The notes under the pieces are model-generated. The model did no database searches. It was not told where the DNA came from and saw nothing but the letters and a program-made list of their open reading frames with translations. Made by a program: the position numbers and the translations under genes. A DNA stretch of 64,000 bases from Botryllus schlosseri (taxonomy: Eukaryota), in contig CM119379.1 of NCBI GenBank assembly GCA_051294905.1, forward strand, positions 23,870,001-23,934,000, given 5' to 3'. This document shows, in pieces, positions 1 through 14,800 of the stretch (position 1 is its first letter; each line of letters begins with the position of its first letter).

Positions 1-198
1 AAACCGCAGCGCCGTAGTCGAGTGGTTATGATGGGGGCTATGAACGTGGAAGTATTTCCTGCAAAAATTCTCAACATTTGTTACAATTGTTCTGGAAAAT
101 ATAATAATTTTTCAATCTACTCAGAATTGCGTCGCGGGCCGGATGAAATCGTCTGGCGGGCCGGATGCGGCCCGCGGGCCGTATGTTTGACACCCCTG
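1..198. mobile_element. Right end of a hAT-type MITE
   Basis: Ends GCGGCCCGCGGGCCGTATGTTTGACACCCCTG, the reverse complement of a CAGGGGTGTCAAAC terminus with GGCCCGC subterminal repeats. The left end is outside the window. Confidence 0.7.
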
Positions 199-317
199 CT
201 CTACTGGTAAAGTTGCCCCTAAATTTGTGACGTTGCTTCTACCTCTGTTTGAGTAGTAAAGCTCACTGCTTTGAGATAATCTCTGCCCAAACCCTACAAG
301 ACATTCCATTTCACCAG

Positions 318-3300
318 GTTTGTTTATCAAGTTTTGGCTGCACAAACGTCTGAAACAACCGAGGATAACACAGATCCATCTTCGTCGCCTACAGCTCAAA
401 GCAAAGACAACACCGTGATGATGTCGCAAAAGTCAAGTTACATCGGTAATTTGCATAGCCATATTGTATAACTTGTGCATGGCTATGAAATTCATGTTAT
501 TGCTATTGTCTGGTGACGGATTTCGATATTTATGAGTAGATGTAACTGCGATGACGTTGCAAACGTCAAGTTACATCCATGAATTCTGTAGTCATATTGT
601 AAAAGTTTTACATGTTGTAAAATTGTGGCTATTGACATTGTCTTGTTCGGGATTTTGATATTTAAGAGGGAATTTGGTGACCAAATTTTGCGGGAAATTG
701 GCTAGAACTCGTTCCAACAATACACATTTTCACAAAAATATTGCGTCTATTCATATATTATGGAATTGACTTCATCGTATACACCTATTTTAATAAATAC
801 ATCAAATGCTTTTTTTCCCTGATGTACGATTCGAGCTTCAAATTTATAATTTTCTAATGCTCCAAGGCACAAGTTGCACCATATGGCATACCTGCAATCT
901 GCAATTCAACAATTGTATTTTTGATTGGAAAATTTGAAATTATTATGCAGTATACTCTGTGTGGCTTTGTGCGTAATGCTAAATGCTTAAGTCAATCCAA
1001 CTTGTGCTGTAATGAATCCACGGTAAAAACGTTCACAGGATACCCACCCTCCATCACAAGCAGTCAACACAACTTAGAGGATTCCTTGTTCGTGACGGAG
1101 ATCGTTTTTAACCGAAAGACCAAAGCGTTCGAGATGAATCCCGCCTCTGAACAGTAAGCTGTCACTTTTTCACAAAGTTTGCAAATTTTGAATAACCATA
1201 GGGGTCAGAACAGAAGCAAATTATTTCTACTTTTTCGTGATACTTACGTGGGTTTTGGTTACTTGCTCTTCTCACTCAAGTCTTTATGTTGTTTTGCATC
1301 TATTTCAGCAGTGACTCTAACTACTTTAATAGCATTTAACAACGACAACAGGTTCAGCAGCGCCATCTCCGATTTCATCCCTACGGCCATATCGGCAGTT
1401 TGCGGCAGCGCGGAATTGATCAACGAAAACACGCAAGCCGACGGGCAAGAATCTGCTGTCAATGACTCTGATAAGGACTCGGCTTACAGCGACCAATATT
1501 CGGTTGGATCTTCCGCGTCCAAGGAGGAGCATGAAGTATCTGGTAGGCTCAGTGTTAACCTTTGTTCTTTCATTGGTTTTCTTGATACTTGGCTAATTCA
1601 TCTACTATAAGTGTAGGTTCTTGTGATTGTTATTCTTGTGTAATCTGACTCCAGAAGGTTGTTTGTGTATGCTGCAGTGTATTCTCTTCATCAAATGTTG
1701 TTTTCTTAACATATGTTTCTGAATGGTTGCTCTATGTGTATGTGTGTTGGTTTAACATCTACATACATATGTCTATGTAATTAACTATAGTTTACGCCAG
1801 ATACTCATTCGGGTGGCGACTGACTCTAAAGACATCGTAATCCCGTGTCTTGTCTTAGTCTACATTGCCATTTTGTATTGTACCGGTATCTTTTTTCATT
1901 GTTCTTCGAGTGACGAATACAAACCTATATATCTATCCATTTATGTAAAATTACCAGGATTTATGTGTGTGAGCAGCTTGGTTAACTTGATATACCACAA
2001 TGGCTTGTCTCCCAGACACAAATACCCTGTCCACACTGATATTCGTGTTTATCATCTTGTTTATTGAACCAATCACATAGTCCTATGTGTATATTGTTTA
2101 AGAGACCAATATACAGATATATATTTTACATAAATACAAGAGTCTTACCCACATAACGCTTATCTATATTTCTCGCGGCAAGCACGAGGTATCATAAAAG
2201 TCATATCGGATATTATCTTAGTTCGACGGATACCAATATTAGGAATACATTCTCACAAAATGGAACTATTACTTCATGAAACGTCAACAGGATATATTCC
2301 GTTATAGTAGGCTCAGTATCAGCCTTTTGCTGGTGTACTTATAATTTGTTTCTTCATGATACTTGGGTAACTCAGTGCCAATTCTTTGTTATTTGACTGG
2401 CAACACCGCTTTAGACGCTGGTATTTTCAGTGTCAAGTATTCGATGTGTCATGCTGGTTATCTATTTACTTAACAACTGAGAGTTATGTCAGGATAATGC
2501 TCTCACTGTTGAAAAACATGATTATAGATCCTCTTCTCTCGTGTCTGGAGGAGCCCGGCATTAACTCGGACCGAGAAGAATCTGGAAACCTCAGATTCTC
2601 GTTGAAAAACACTCATTTGGGATTGGCCGTTACTGGTGACCGTATTGTCGGCGACTTGATACCGATAGACAGCACAAAATGGGAGAGTAAATTGAACTCT
2701 GACGAGGAGGTGGGTAACTGGGTGTGTGGGGCTTGATTACGCAATCTGTAATCCGTGTGATGATTCATGGAATTAACCTCGTACAATATTAGTAGTCAAG
2801 CTAAGCTGTAATAAACTGATTTGGTGTTCATTAACCCTCTCTGGGGGTGGGGTGGGGTAGGATAGGGATAACCACACTACCTGCACACACAAATCGAATT
2901 TAGTATTATGTCATCATTATTCAGCTGTTGGTTTAGGTCGTCTAAACATAGACTTGGAGAAGTGAAGTAAGTTCAAAGCTCAGATAACTCATAAATCCGA
3001 CAATGTTGTGGTAATCTGCATCAGAATGGCAGGTTTTGGCTTGTGACATAGAATTCTGCGTATCTTTAGTTCAGTGTGTATATCGATTTTTGTGTGTTTT
3101 ACCCTGAAGGTGGTCGCTGCAATTTCGGTTCAAGACTCCATTCTGAGCGATGCCCTGCAAGAAGTCTGCGAGTTTTGCGACGAGCAAAATGAATGGTTTG
3201 TTCCGATCAGCGAATTTATCACGCAATGGAGCGCGGAAAGCTCGCTGGAATGGAAGGGCAAACCTGCGCGAGATCTCGAGACCATTCTCAACCAAGTGAA

Positions 3301-5849
3301 AGCTTGGAGTGACAGAGTAAGACTTGGGGTTCATATTCAGTCGGGTTGTAACTTTTTTTGCTGGATTCCGCGGATTCGCTGATTAAATTGGTAGGTTGCC
3401 TAAAAAATAACGTTACACACCAAATTTTACTCGATTCCAACTTAAAATAGATGCAAAGGCTTAGGAATTTGAAAAGTTTGAATTTAATATAATTTTTTTT
3501 TGTCAACCCCATGAAATTGTTACGTTGTCTGAAAAAAAAACAATGCTTGATAATTTTTGCTCACTTCCACCCAGTAGAAGCGAAGTTATTGAAATCGAAA
3601 ATTTCAGCATTTTTGCGAACAATTGCCTACAACTGATGATTGTTACAGTCATTCAACTACGTCACTTAAATTTTTCGGAAAAATGCGGGTTTTATACTTT
3701 TAAGGGTAATTGTGGGATAGTTATACTGCCCTGGCCAGATTATCATATCTTTTCGGAATCAGTGCGACAGTGCCTTTCATTCAAGACTCGTTTTAATTAA
3801 TTTTGCATTTGGACCCGAAGCTATAGGATTACCATATTTGTTAACAGAGGTATGGGTAATTGCTAGCCTTTTCTGGTAGACCAACTGTGCAGTCAGGTAT
3901 TTGGTATCAATCTGCTGCTTAATTATCTATCAGACGCGTCAATCAGAATACTCGCAATTTATCACATACATATGTATCCTGAAGTGATCATTTCAATCGT
4001 TTCTGGTAAATTAGCATTGATATAAAGCCATATATATTCAGGTGAAGAACATGGATCGATTCGTGAAGTCTACTAACGGGCTCGTGATCGCCGATTGTCG
4101 CAAACCAAAGAAAGAAGCTCTCTCTGCATTGTCTAGTATTTTCAAACAACTCATTAATTTGGTATGTCGTATCTAGAACTCTAGTGAATGTTATTGTGAC
4201 ATTTGTGCTCGATTTCAGATTATCAGTGAAGCCAGGAGTCTTGCCACCGAGATTGTTCACAGTTCCAAAGATGCCATTAAGGTATTAGTAATTATGTTTG
4301 GTTACTCCGCTCTCAGCCAGTGTATTATCCATGATCAAAACTTATATATTTCAGTAGTGTTGGTAAACTAAATCGAGTGTCATTATTGAACTTTTAATGT
4401 GTTTTACAACTGGCGGTACGTAACATTTGATTTTTTACTGAAGCTGCTGGAAAATAAAGAACTTGGCATCAAATCGTTCGCCAGCTACGCTAGAAAAGTG
4501 ACTGAATGCCATCAAATGAAGGATGAAATGTCTGGTAAAGTCACATATGTCAGGTGAGCGATGTTAAAAGGTTTGTTTTGAGAGCGTTCGAGTTATCAGA
4601 TTTCATGTCGTAGCGATATGGATACAATGTTTTACACGCCTAGAACTGTAACATTCATGTGTTTTGGTGTTTAGTACAAACAAATGCCCCCATCTTCTAC
4701 AGCACAAATTCTGTGTACAGTAAGCAATGTTGATTATAGCAAACATTTCTGACGATGCGTTTGGAGAGTGTCAGCTCGTACATATTCCCACTATGAATAT
4801 GAATATATTGTCAAAATATACGTTCTGATTCTGTACTGTTTGAGGTCTCACGTAAAGTTATCGAATTTGACACAAAAATTGCTCGCTTGATTTATAAACT
4901 GAAAATTTTATATCGTTTTGGTTTCAATTTAATAATCTGTTTCAAAGTTCATTCACCCACCTTATTTATTGTAATGCCAGGATCTTCACATGCAATGTGA
5001 ATTAAATTTCACCCATTGTCAGCTTTTGATAATTTCAAAATACCGAATGAACCAAATGACATCGATATTTGTTTTTTCCGTTCCGCAAAACAGGCAAATG
5101 TATGAAGTTTTGAGGATGACTCACCGACAACTTACTCAGGAAGAAGAGAAGATTGAAGAAAGAGTGAAAAATGCATGGGAGGCTTACATGTTCCAGGTCT
5201 TTATCGTGATTTTGATATAGTACATAATTTCACTGTGACATTCTGGGATTTTTTATAAATTTCTCAAGTCGTTACCATTATTCTGTAATATTGCTGTAAA
5301 TATGTTTAAACCAAAGATGTTCCTGGAAGTATGGCATTTTCGTAAGGTTTTATTTGTGCTACTGGACGTATGCTAGTCTGAGCTTGAGATTACAAGACCA
5401 CAATCTAACTTATCTATTTCGCCTGCCAACACATTTTTATCACTTGTCCTCTCTATGTTATCTTCTATTACTTTAATTCAATATGCGTGCCTCTTATTGA
5501 CATGTTCTAGGCCAAGATGGTTGTCGGATTGAAATAATACTCCAAGTTATTTCGACTGCCTGTTTCTTTATTTTATTGCAATCTCATGGGGGTTTGAAAG
5601 ATAAAAATATTAATAAAACTGAACGGAATTGCATTCCTGCAAAGCTTGGAAATATTTTGTACTTCTGGTAATTCCTTCATCATCTTTACTATTCAGTTGA
5701 AGGACGCCACCAATTTTGCCTCCAACCAGCAGCCACTCATTCTGAAGCAGCTGCACGAACTTTTCGACGAGAAGTACGCCTTCATCAAGAGTTTGGTGAA
5801 TCCCGAAGCCTTAGAATCGTTGCACGACCCCACAAGATCACCATCAGAG
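318..5849 (+). CDS. DNHD1: Dynein tail exons 318-445, 1039-1153, 1352-1542, 2528-2709, 3110-3316, 4042-4161, 4219-4281, 4444-4553, 5094-5196, 5697-5849
   Basis: All flanked by AG/GT, with phases matching across junctions (e.g. G|GA=Gly at 445/1039, CA|G=Gln at 1153/1352). Peptides include LFVTEIVFNRKTKAFEMNP, VKNMDRFVKSTNGLVIADC, RQMYEVLRMTHRQLTQEEEK. Confidence 0.8.
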
Positions 5850-8800
5850 GTATATTACACTGCTCCTTCTTAATTCTATTTTTTTCATTTTACTTTGTAT
5901 AGTTGCTTGTTTCTTCTAGTTTGATTGACAGCAGTAAATACGCCTGATCATTATATATAGTACAGTATTGGGATGACTCAGGTCATGGCTAGACTTGAGT
6001 CACCTTTTTTATGTATTACTTGACTTGGCTCGACCTATTTTGCAAAAATGACTCGACTTGATTTGACTCGGCGTTTCAGAAACGTGGATTGACTCGTGAC
6101 TCGGAGCAAATTTTATGTGTCAATTTCAAGTCGTCAAGTAATCGGTGTCGACTGAATAGTTGTATTATGTTTATGTCTGGATTCTCTAGTATGATTTAAA
6201 CTAAATGAATATAGTTTATACATTTAAATTACGCGTCAACAATTGGAGCAGTCTAAATTTGTATATCATGGATGTCTAGGTGCGTAGTGCATGCATTGCA
6301 TCATATCAATTTGTTTCAACTTTCTGAGGTTTCGTATTCCATTCTCTGTTTTGGGTCATAATTATAGACTGAGGCTATGCAGTTACTTACGTTTATCAGT
6401 TCTATGTATGCGTGAGCGATTCAACACCTTTTTTCATGTATATTTTACTCTATATCCATTCCTCGATTCAGAATAAACGGCGACTCAATCTGTGTTTCAA
6501 ACAGCTTGAAAAATGCAGTGAATTTAAATCATTCTTTGTTTCAGAAATTCAACTTGACTCGTCCCGTGACTTAACCTCACTTGATCTAAATCAAGTCACT
6601 TTCGAAAATGCAATGACTCAAGATGACTTGTGACTCGAAGGCAATGACTTGTTCCCAATACTGGTATAATGTGACCAGTCAACTTAATGACGTAATGGCC
6701 GTATCAATGATTACCATTTCACTGAAATACTTCTTTTTCATTTTTCCTGTCCCTGATATTGTTATCAAGTTTAATTTCCTGCAGGTTTTGCTTGAACTGA
6801 AGGGGCTGATATCGAGCTTTTCGTCGACTCGACGTCAGCTTTACGAGTTTAGCGTCTGTCGTAACGCGATAGAAGGGAAGGAATTCGATTTGTCCGAATT
6901 GGAAGAGATGTCTCTCGTTTTGGACACGAGGCACGAGCTTTGGAAGTACGTCAGCATATCGGCGCAGCAAATCGCGGAATGGAAAAGTACCTTGTTCAGG
7001 TAGTGATTTAATCCGGTTCGATGGCTGAATGTAATGTCCAGTGGTTTTCAACCGCCAAATTTATTGCAAGTTTACATCTCAATTGCAATATACAAATACA
7101 AGTTGCACGATTATCCTTTACTTAGAGAGATGCAACATAAAATTTGAAAGGAATTCACCAACTTGAGCATATTTTTTCCGCATCATCTCGTAATATAGAG
7201 TTCATGGTCTACTTTGGAGCTAGTGTTCATTACAGTGCTGCAATTGATACATCCAAGGATGTATAGAGGTCTATATTTATCTGATTATACCAAAGTGTTT
7301 AAAAGGGGCACGGAACTCATTTGAGACCATATACGAAAACCAAGAACACTTTTGAATCATTCATTCAATTTCAACAATTTTCCGTCATTAGGCAGTATAA
7401 TAATAGAGTCTAGCAAACTCAATATACAATTTTTGCTTTGAACAGAACCTCTCAGATCTTCAATAAACTCACATATAACACATTTAATAACAAGAAGGCA
7501 GCTTCAAATTTTTCATGCTATTAAATTTTCCAATATTTGCTTTTGATCTGCATACAATTGGTCATCATTACATTTTGGGTGAAACTTTTGCGGCCAACAA
7601 GCTAAACAAGCTTGAGAATCACTGATTTTGTCCATGGGTTGAGTTTGCACAACATGTAAAATCAGCGTGTATATGTTGCTCATTATACAGCGTACTGTAT
7701 ATAGTAGAAGCGATTGTATTCCCGAGAACTGTCTATGTAACACCGACCACTCCTGTATATACTAGGAGATTCGATGCAACTAAGGCTATGAATAAGATTT
7801 CGGATTGGAGAAAAGCTATGAGCAAGCTCTCAGAACGACTCCCGACTACAAATGCAGTCCTGCAATCTTGGAACGAGGTATGTGGACATTGTCTTTACTG
7901 GTATCTCAGCATGTAATGAGTGACGTCCTCGCCATTTAGATGATATCTGAAATAGCTGTCGAGCTGCCATTGCTCGGAATGATGGCGAATCCGGCTGTTA
8001 AAAACCGGCATTGGAAGAAAATCTTTAACGGATTTGGCGAAAATTATGAAGCTGGCTGGTCGTTCACTGTTCGGGATCTGTTGTCGTATCAGCTTTCGCA
8101 GCACGAAGGATTCATTAACCAGGTGATGTATTCTGCGGTGTTATTTATTTTTCAATGAAATGTAGTCTTTGAAGAGCTCATTCGAGGTACGGAACTTCAA
8201 TGTACAATTGAATAAGATATTCATATTGAAATATACCCGGATATTTTCGGCTCAAGGTAACTCTCCGCAACTAGTAGGTAATTAAGAACATTAATCATTA
8301 ACAATCGTAATCTTTCCGTGTTATTTCATTAGTTAGAAGTGTAGCAATGAGGCCTAGACGGTTACTGTGTCATTCCACAAGCTTGTTGAGCAATTTATGG
8401 GTACCAACACTAGTGTACTGGTCTGTGGCATGAGTGGGCAAAGCAGTTACTGGTGTGACTCAAGCAGAGATGAATTGTTGTAAAAGTTTATTTGAGTAGA
8501 AGAAATAGGTACTAGGAAAGAAAGTATAAAATGTATAGTTTGTGAAGTATTCCAGTATTTAGGTAGCAAAACATAATTTTGAAATTACAAGACTTATCTT
8601 CTATACTGTCCATAAATTGCTCTTCGCTTGCGCAAATTATGGAATTTTGCCTCAAAAACTATCGTTGTAGAAGAGCAAGTAGTAGAAAACTTATTTTCTG
8701 TCACCAAAGCTTTTTGAGTTAGCTGAATAAGTCAAATTAAAGCCTGAAAATATTTCTACTTACTGGCTCTGTAGTGTGGATTTTTGTATGACCCTAACTC

Positions 8801-11800
8801 ACTAATAATTCAGTCTTTGGATGTTTATTTGATGAAGACTAATGGATTTTTTTTTACACAGGTTTGTCAAAGCGCGTCAGCGGAATACGCTTTGGAGCTG
8901 TTGATGAAAAAAATCAAAACGAAATGGGAAAACAAACAATTCAATCTGGCGAAGCACATTCAAGTTGTTATGACAACGCCAAAACAAGAAGGTCGGTGAA
9001 CTTTTTCCGAACATTTGTCCCGTGCACCAATTTGTAATCAATAACTTTTCTTTCAGAAGAAGCAAATACTTTGCGGAAGAAAAAATTGAAAAAACTCAGT
9101 TTCTCCCAACCGGTTTCTCAGGTATCGTTATTTGAAGCTATATAATCTGCGGCTTGGCATAAAATTAAATTTTTTCGCGCAGGAAATTGACAGCGATACA
9201 TATGTTCTTGTGGGATATAAAGACTTACTCCGCGATATCTCTGACAGTCACGTGATGTTGCAGAGCATGTTGCAATCGAGATATGTCGCGGAAGTTCGAG
9301 GCGACGCCGAAGTTTGGAACGACGCGTTTCAGCAAGTATGAAAATGTTTTTAATCCAGCGATTAAAAGCTAAACAGTAGTTAGCGTTTTAAACGTCTTTT
9401 AATATTCTGCAAGGTTTTGAATATCATGAGGTCCTTATTTTATAACCGTCATCCTGATCAAATTCCACCCGATCCACTTCAATAAATTATTGCTGTGTCA
9501 TTGGTGTATTCGGCTTCAATATATGTTATTGCAAAATATAACTTATTGAAAGGTATTTTCGATAAAATCAATGCAAAACTTCGAAGTTCCATATAATACT
9601 TACCTTTAAACACGTTATTCGGGGTACATTCGGGTCAGCATTTCCAATATGGGTATTGCATTCACTAAAAGCTTTTTAACTGATCAGTAATACGTCAAAT
9701 CAAATTCGTAAAGATTCTAAATCAAACTCAAAATGATTTTACCTGCAATAGCTAATGTTCTGTGTTGCTGTTTTTGACTATTTTCGATATTACAACGCCA
9801 CACAGCTAGAATATTTCTCACATTTCAAATTTGATTTACCTGATTATTGATGTTTGCTACTGATGAGAGTCAGTGGAGAAGCTCATAGGGAATTTATTAA
9901 TTACATTCGTATTATTGTTTTGTGCGATACTAATCTTTAATATTCACTTCCTTGTGTCAAGATCGCCGATATCATCGAGGTGTGGACATCATGCCAAGAC
10001 AAATGGAAGTACCTGAACATGGTTTACAATTCGGGGGTGTTCACGAGGTCGCGTCTGAAATTTTCGCTATACACCGACATGGACAGACGATACCGAGAAT
10101 TCGTGAAGGCGATTGTTAACGATCCCCACGTACTTTCTATCCTCTCGAGGTAGTCTAGTGCAGATCCCAATGATATGTGTCCTAGTACTTATATTCTGTA
10201 TAATACTCATAGACGGCATGGACAGCAAGGATGGAGAGAGCTACAGGGCGAAGTTTTGAGAAAACACATCTTGTCGTGCATTCAGCTGCAAGAGAAGTTG
10301 CTCGCCAACCTGTCGCAACTTTTAGACGAATTTCGATCCGACTTCCCCAGGTAAATGTGGCAATTCTGTTGCAATTTCAATTATCGAAATTGGTTTCATG
10401 GAAGATCCAGTATAACGTCATATGCGTCTTCAGAATGATTGTCGACCTTTGCCTGTTTTGCTGTCTTCATGCACTTCAATTATTGGTATTTTTCAAAATG
10501 AAGATTTATCCATTTTATAGTCTTTATACCCTTCTAGTTGGACGTTACTATTAGTGTGAAGTTCGATAAATATATAAACAAATCCCCCAAACCGAAACCT
10601 TGCTACTTGTTCATTTTAATTAGATGAATACCCTTCAAAATTATAATTATATATATTATACATATTGATGCGCTTTATATGGTCACGTGGCTGATACTTC
10701 TAATAATTATAGCTGTGTGTGCAGTTAGTCGAATACAATGAAAAATAATACTCTGATTTTGAGTACTAATTTCGAGTATTATAATTTTTTGTGTAGAATG
10801 TATTTCCTGTGCGACGAAGACTGCATCCATCTTCTGTCAATAACTCGCGAGCCGAAACTGTTCGCGCCATACGTTCGAAAGTGCTTTTCTGGCATCAAAT
10901 CACTTACCTATGCTCTGCCGTCTGACGTGACAGCAACATCTAACAATCTGGACCGGAAGATTCATACTCACAAGTATGTTGGTTGTGATCTATATTTACA
11001 AATTGACCACATGACCTATGGCGACTTACAATTTCTTTAGGCTCGCGGTCACTCAAGTGCGGGGACACAATTTGGAATGTATTACCTTCAAGAAGCCCAT
11101 CACAATGCAGACCGAGCCTTTGGATTGGATGAAAATGTTGGAACACAGACTTTTAAGATGTCTACAAAAATCACTGATATCAGCCATCTCCAGTTTTCCG
11201 AGTTTGTGCATTCATCAATCTATCGTGATAAGCATAAACTGATCTATGTTATCATTTCCAGACTTCGTAAATGCTGAAGGAGATGATACTGATATTCAAA
11301 GCACTCTCGGGTTTGTGTATTGAATATAAGTAGTAGTAGAATTAGATTTTGAAATGTCTCCAAACTTTTTGCTTATCCATAGTAGGCTATCCTACCTTTT
11401 TCTGAAATTTTTGTGTATGCATATGTATACCGTACGCACATATACATCACAGGACCCCGTTCAACATATACGTAATATAATACATATCTATATATATTGT
11501 ATATGTATGTATGTACCATGTACGTATGTACGATTTCTTTCATTAATTTACATGTAGAGCTTCTATGAATATACTATCGAATTTGCATGTTTTCAAATAC
11601 CATGTCGCTTCAGGTGGGTGTCAAGATTTCCTGCGCAAACCATTTTGCTCGTTGATTCCATAAAGTGGTCAAATTCGGTTGACGATGTCTTGAGAGATTG
11701 GAATGAGGACGCTTTCCATTTGCTGGAACGCGAAGTTTGTTTGAAAATTGCAAAATGCAGGTATGTTTCAAAGGATTTTCTCGGCAACACATCGATGTAA

Positions 11801-14800
11801 TCTCTAAATTCTTTTGCATATTTTGTAGTCTGTGTTTGAGAAAGACGTCTACAACCGATCCCAAGTACACGCAGTCAATCGGCACGCTGGTTGCAATGTT
11901 GTCGCAGGCCATATACCAAAAAGATACCTTACACGATCTAAAGCAACGATCGGTTATGTGCATCGAAGACTTTCATTGGCAGAGGATAATCAGGTACTGT
12001 TATGAATGTTTTCAAATGACGCCAACAGTTTAAAACTGTGTTTTATCAGGCATTCTGTGAATTTACCTGTAAACGGAATACCTTTGACGGAAGTCTCAGC
12101 TCCTAAGCATTTGGAATGTACCGTTCATCACTTCGGCAGCGTGCTTGATAAATATGGAATGGAATATGAGAGCTCCTTCGTTGATTCGCTATCGAGTTCG
12201 TCACTGGGAACTCCATTTGTGATGTCACCATTGTCTGAAAGGTGCTGTCATCCCTTTTCTATAGTCTGATGTTCAATTTCAATCGATATTCTTACCGTAG
12301 GAGTATTGTCTCGCTGTGTTTGGCTTTGAAGATGGACATGTGCGGCATTCTAGTGGGTGCTCACGGAAGTGGAAAGACCAGCGTTGTCAGACATATGGCG
12401 CGTCTGTTTGGCCGGCCTTTGGTGAACTTTAACCTGTCCGAATCCACGGAGATGAATATGATTTTGAGGTGAGGCAGAATTGATTGTGAATGGCAGTGTT
12501 CAGGGATGACGGCATTAAATTAAAAAATATCCTAGATTATTTGCTCTGAAGTTTGATAGCATGTCAGTCTATAATGAAGAGGTGCTTAACCTGGCTCTCA
12601 TTAACCCTTCGAAGGTCCGCAGTCTAGTTTCCGGGTCCATGAAAGGTCAGTGTTAATATTGTAGCTATAAAACTACATTGTCCATATTTACAAGATCTGT
12701 CCTGAATTATTTTGATGTATGTCGTTACTACAGGTCAAAATAGCCACACAGACGATACAAACACTGATAAATAATTGCTCTCCATTTTATATTCATCTGC
12801 TTCCTCCATTTAGCGGTTAGGGGGTCCACACAACCACTTAAATTTTAGGGATTCGAGCTTAAAGAGGTAAAGAAACCCTACTCCAATGACGTAAAGTGAA
12901 GTCTGGCAGCGCTACCCTCTGTCTAGTGAACAAATAAAGACAACTTTGCAACTTGAAAAGGCTATTAAATCCAGCAATGCTTGCTAAACTGCAGTTTGCA
13001 TGTATATTATTGCTGGGTAAACTGCTTTCTGGTGTTTTATAATTGATTGTTTGTGTTATGAATTTGTTATTCAACTGACTCCCAGTTTGATGCAAACTTC
13101 AGGAATTGTTTTTATATCTTTTCTTTATCGACGATTACAGAGCTCTCTGTGGAGTAGTTGAATCGCAGTGTTGGCTTTGCTTTGACAAGGCAGAGGACTT
13201 ACGAACACCCATACTGAGCTCCCTCACGCAGCAAATACAGAATGTTCAGCAGCTTTACAGGTGAGGCATATACACTTGAACATGCTTTCAAAAGCTGCAC
13301 TTTGGAATGACACAGAAAATTTATCTGTTCCATTGAATTAGCTACGACGCCTGGAATGTAATATAAATCATCAATTGTATTTGTAGCATTCTCCGACAGC
13401 CAAGTGTACAACGCAAGGTGGTTTCGAGGGGTGAAGAAAAATTGAAGGTTAGAGAATGTTATGTACTTGGAATTATGTAAATCAGGGAAACACATCACAT
13501 TGATGATCACTAGGGCATTATATGTTTATATGCGATTGATTATTTATTTACTTCAAGAAACAATTTTTGACTGCCTTTGCTCGCTTTAGCAAAACACCAT
13601 TCTCGTAAAATAACTATACCAAAATTTTGTCATGTCTTGATGAGTGTTGAGCCATCACAGACTAATTATTTCATTTAACGGTATGTGATTCATAATATGT
13701 AGACAGTGGGCCAGTTACAAAAATATAAAGTAGGCTACACGACGTAAACCGTAGAATGAGAAGTTTACTGACAATGGAATGTCTGTCTCCCCATGACAAT
13801 GCAGTTGGTAAAAATTTAGACTATGTAAACAATTTTGACCCGTTAATTTTGACGAACCTCTGACTTTATTTGACAAGTCAAAAAATATTCACTGAGGAAA
13901 AATGTTATGGCATTGATTGAGAATCATGTGGCCTTGAAAAAGATTCAATATATTGATATTCACCGATATGCGCTGGTGTGAAAATCCTTTCCTTTTCAGA
14001 GGAGTGACTCGTTTCCGAGTCTGCATTCGGCTACAAACAGCAGCAGCTCTCTCCTATACACTGAGGATTGGAATCCGTCGACGTATTTTACCGTTGGCGA
14101 CGACAGCTATCATCCTGTGCCGACTTTGGTTGGAGACTGCGTGGGGTCTCTGGTGCTCAACGGAAAACTACTGAAAGCCACTTCGAGATGCGGGCTGTTC
14201 ATGACTTGGGCCAATCTAAAAAAGTATGCGATTGCATATGCTCTCACTTTGTCTTGTATATCGCATTGTTCAATGCTCATTGTGCATTTTGGTGTTCAGG
14301 CTTATCTTCTACATATTCTGCATAGATAATACCTGTACCTAAATCTTTAAGTCTACTTCAATATGTTTCAGAGACTTTCCAAGCAATCTGAAGGCGGTTG
14401 CGAGATCAGTTGCTTTTATCAGGCCTCTGTTTGAGAAACTTGCCGAGGTATGTTGACTTGCTTCTGGCATAACCTACTAATTAAATAGTTTGATTTCTTA
14501 TACATCACTCACTGCGCTTAGGCCAACCATCAGCGAGTGCATATTAGGGGTGTTCAAAATTCTCCAATTGCTACAGGAGAAGAAAGTTTCTATTTATTAT
14601 ATAAAAATTAATGAAAAAAAAATCGAACATTTCTGTTAACCACATCAAAGTGTTAGGTTGTCTGTAGAAACGATGTTCACCAAATTTGACTCAATTCCAA
14701 CCAGTGAAAGCGGAGTTATTGCCGTCGAAAAATTTGGATTTGAATAGAATAGTATTTGCGGTGGTCAATTCCTTAATTATTTATTATACCGTAAATACTA

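Noticed and set aside
10-45. tRNA A-box-like TAGTCGAGTGGTT
   Set aside because: No B-box or cloverleaf follows; it lies inside a MITE truncated by the window edge.
5963-6663. Many GACTCGAGTC/GACTTGACTC repeats resembling a CRISPR array (also 31.8, 46.9, 51.5 and 58.2 kb)
   Set aside because: Spacing is irregular, repeats are short, they are bounded by TIRs and TSDs, and the context is eukaryotic with no cas genes. They are transposon subterminal repeats.
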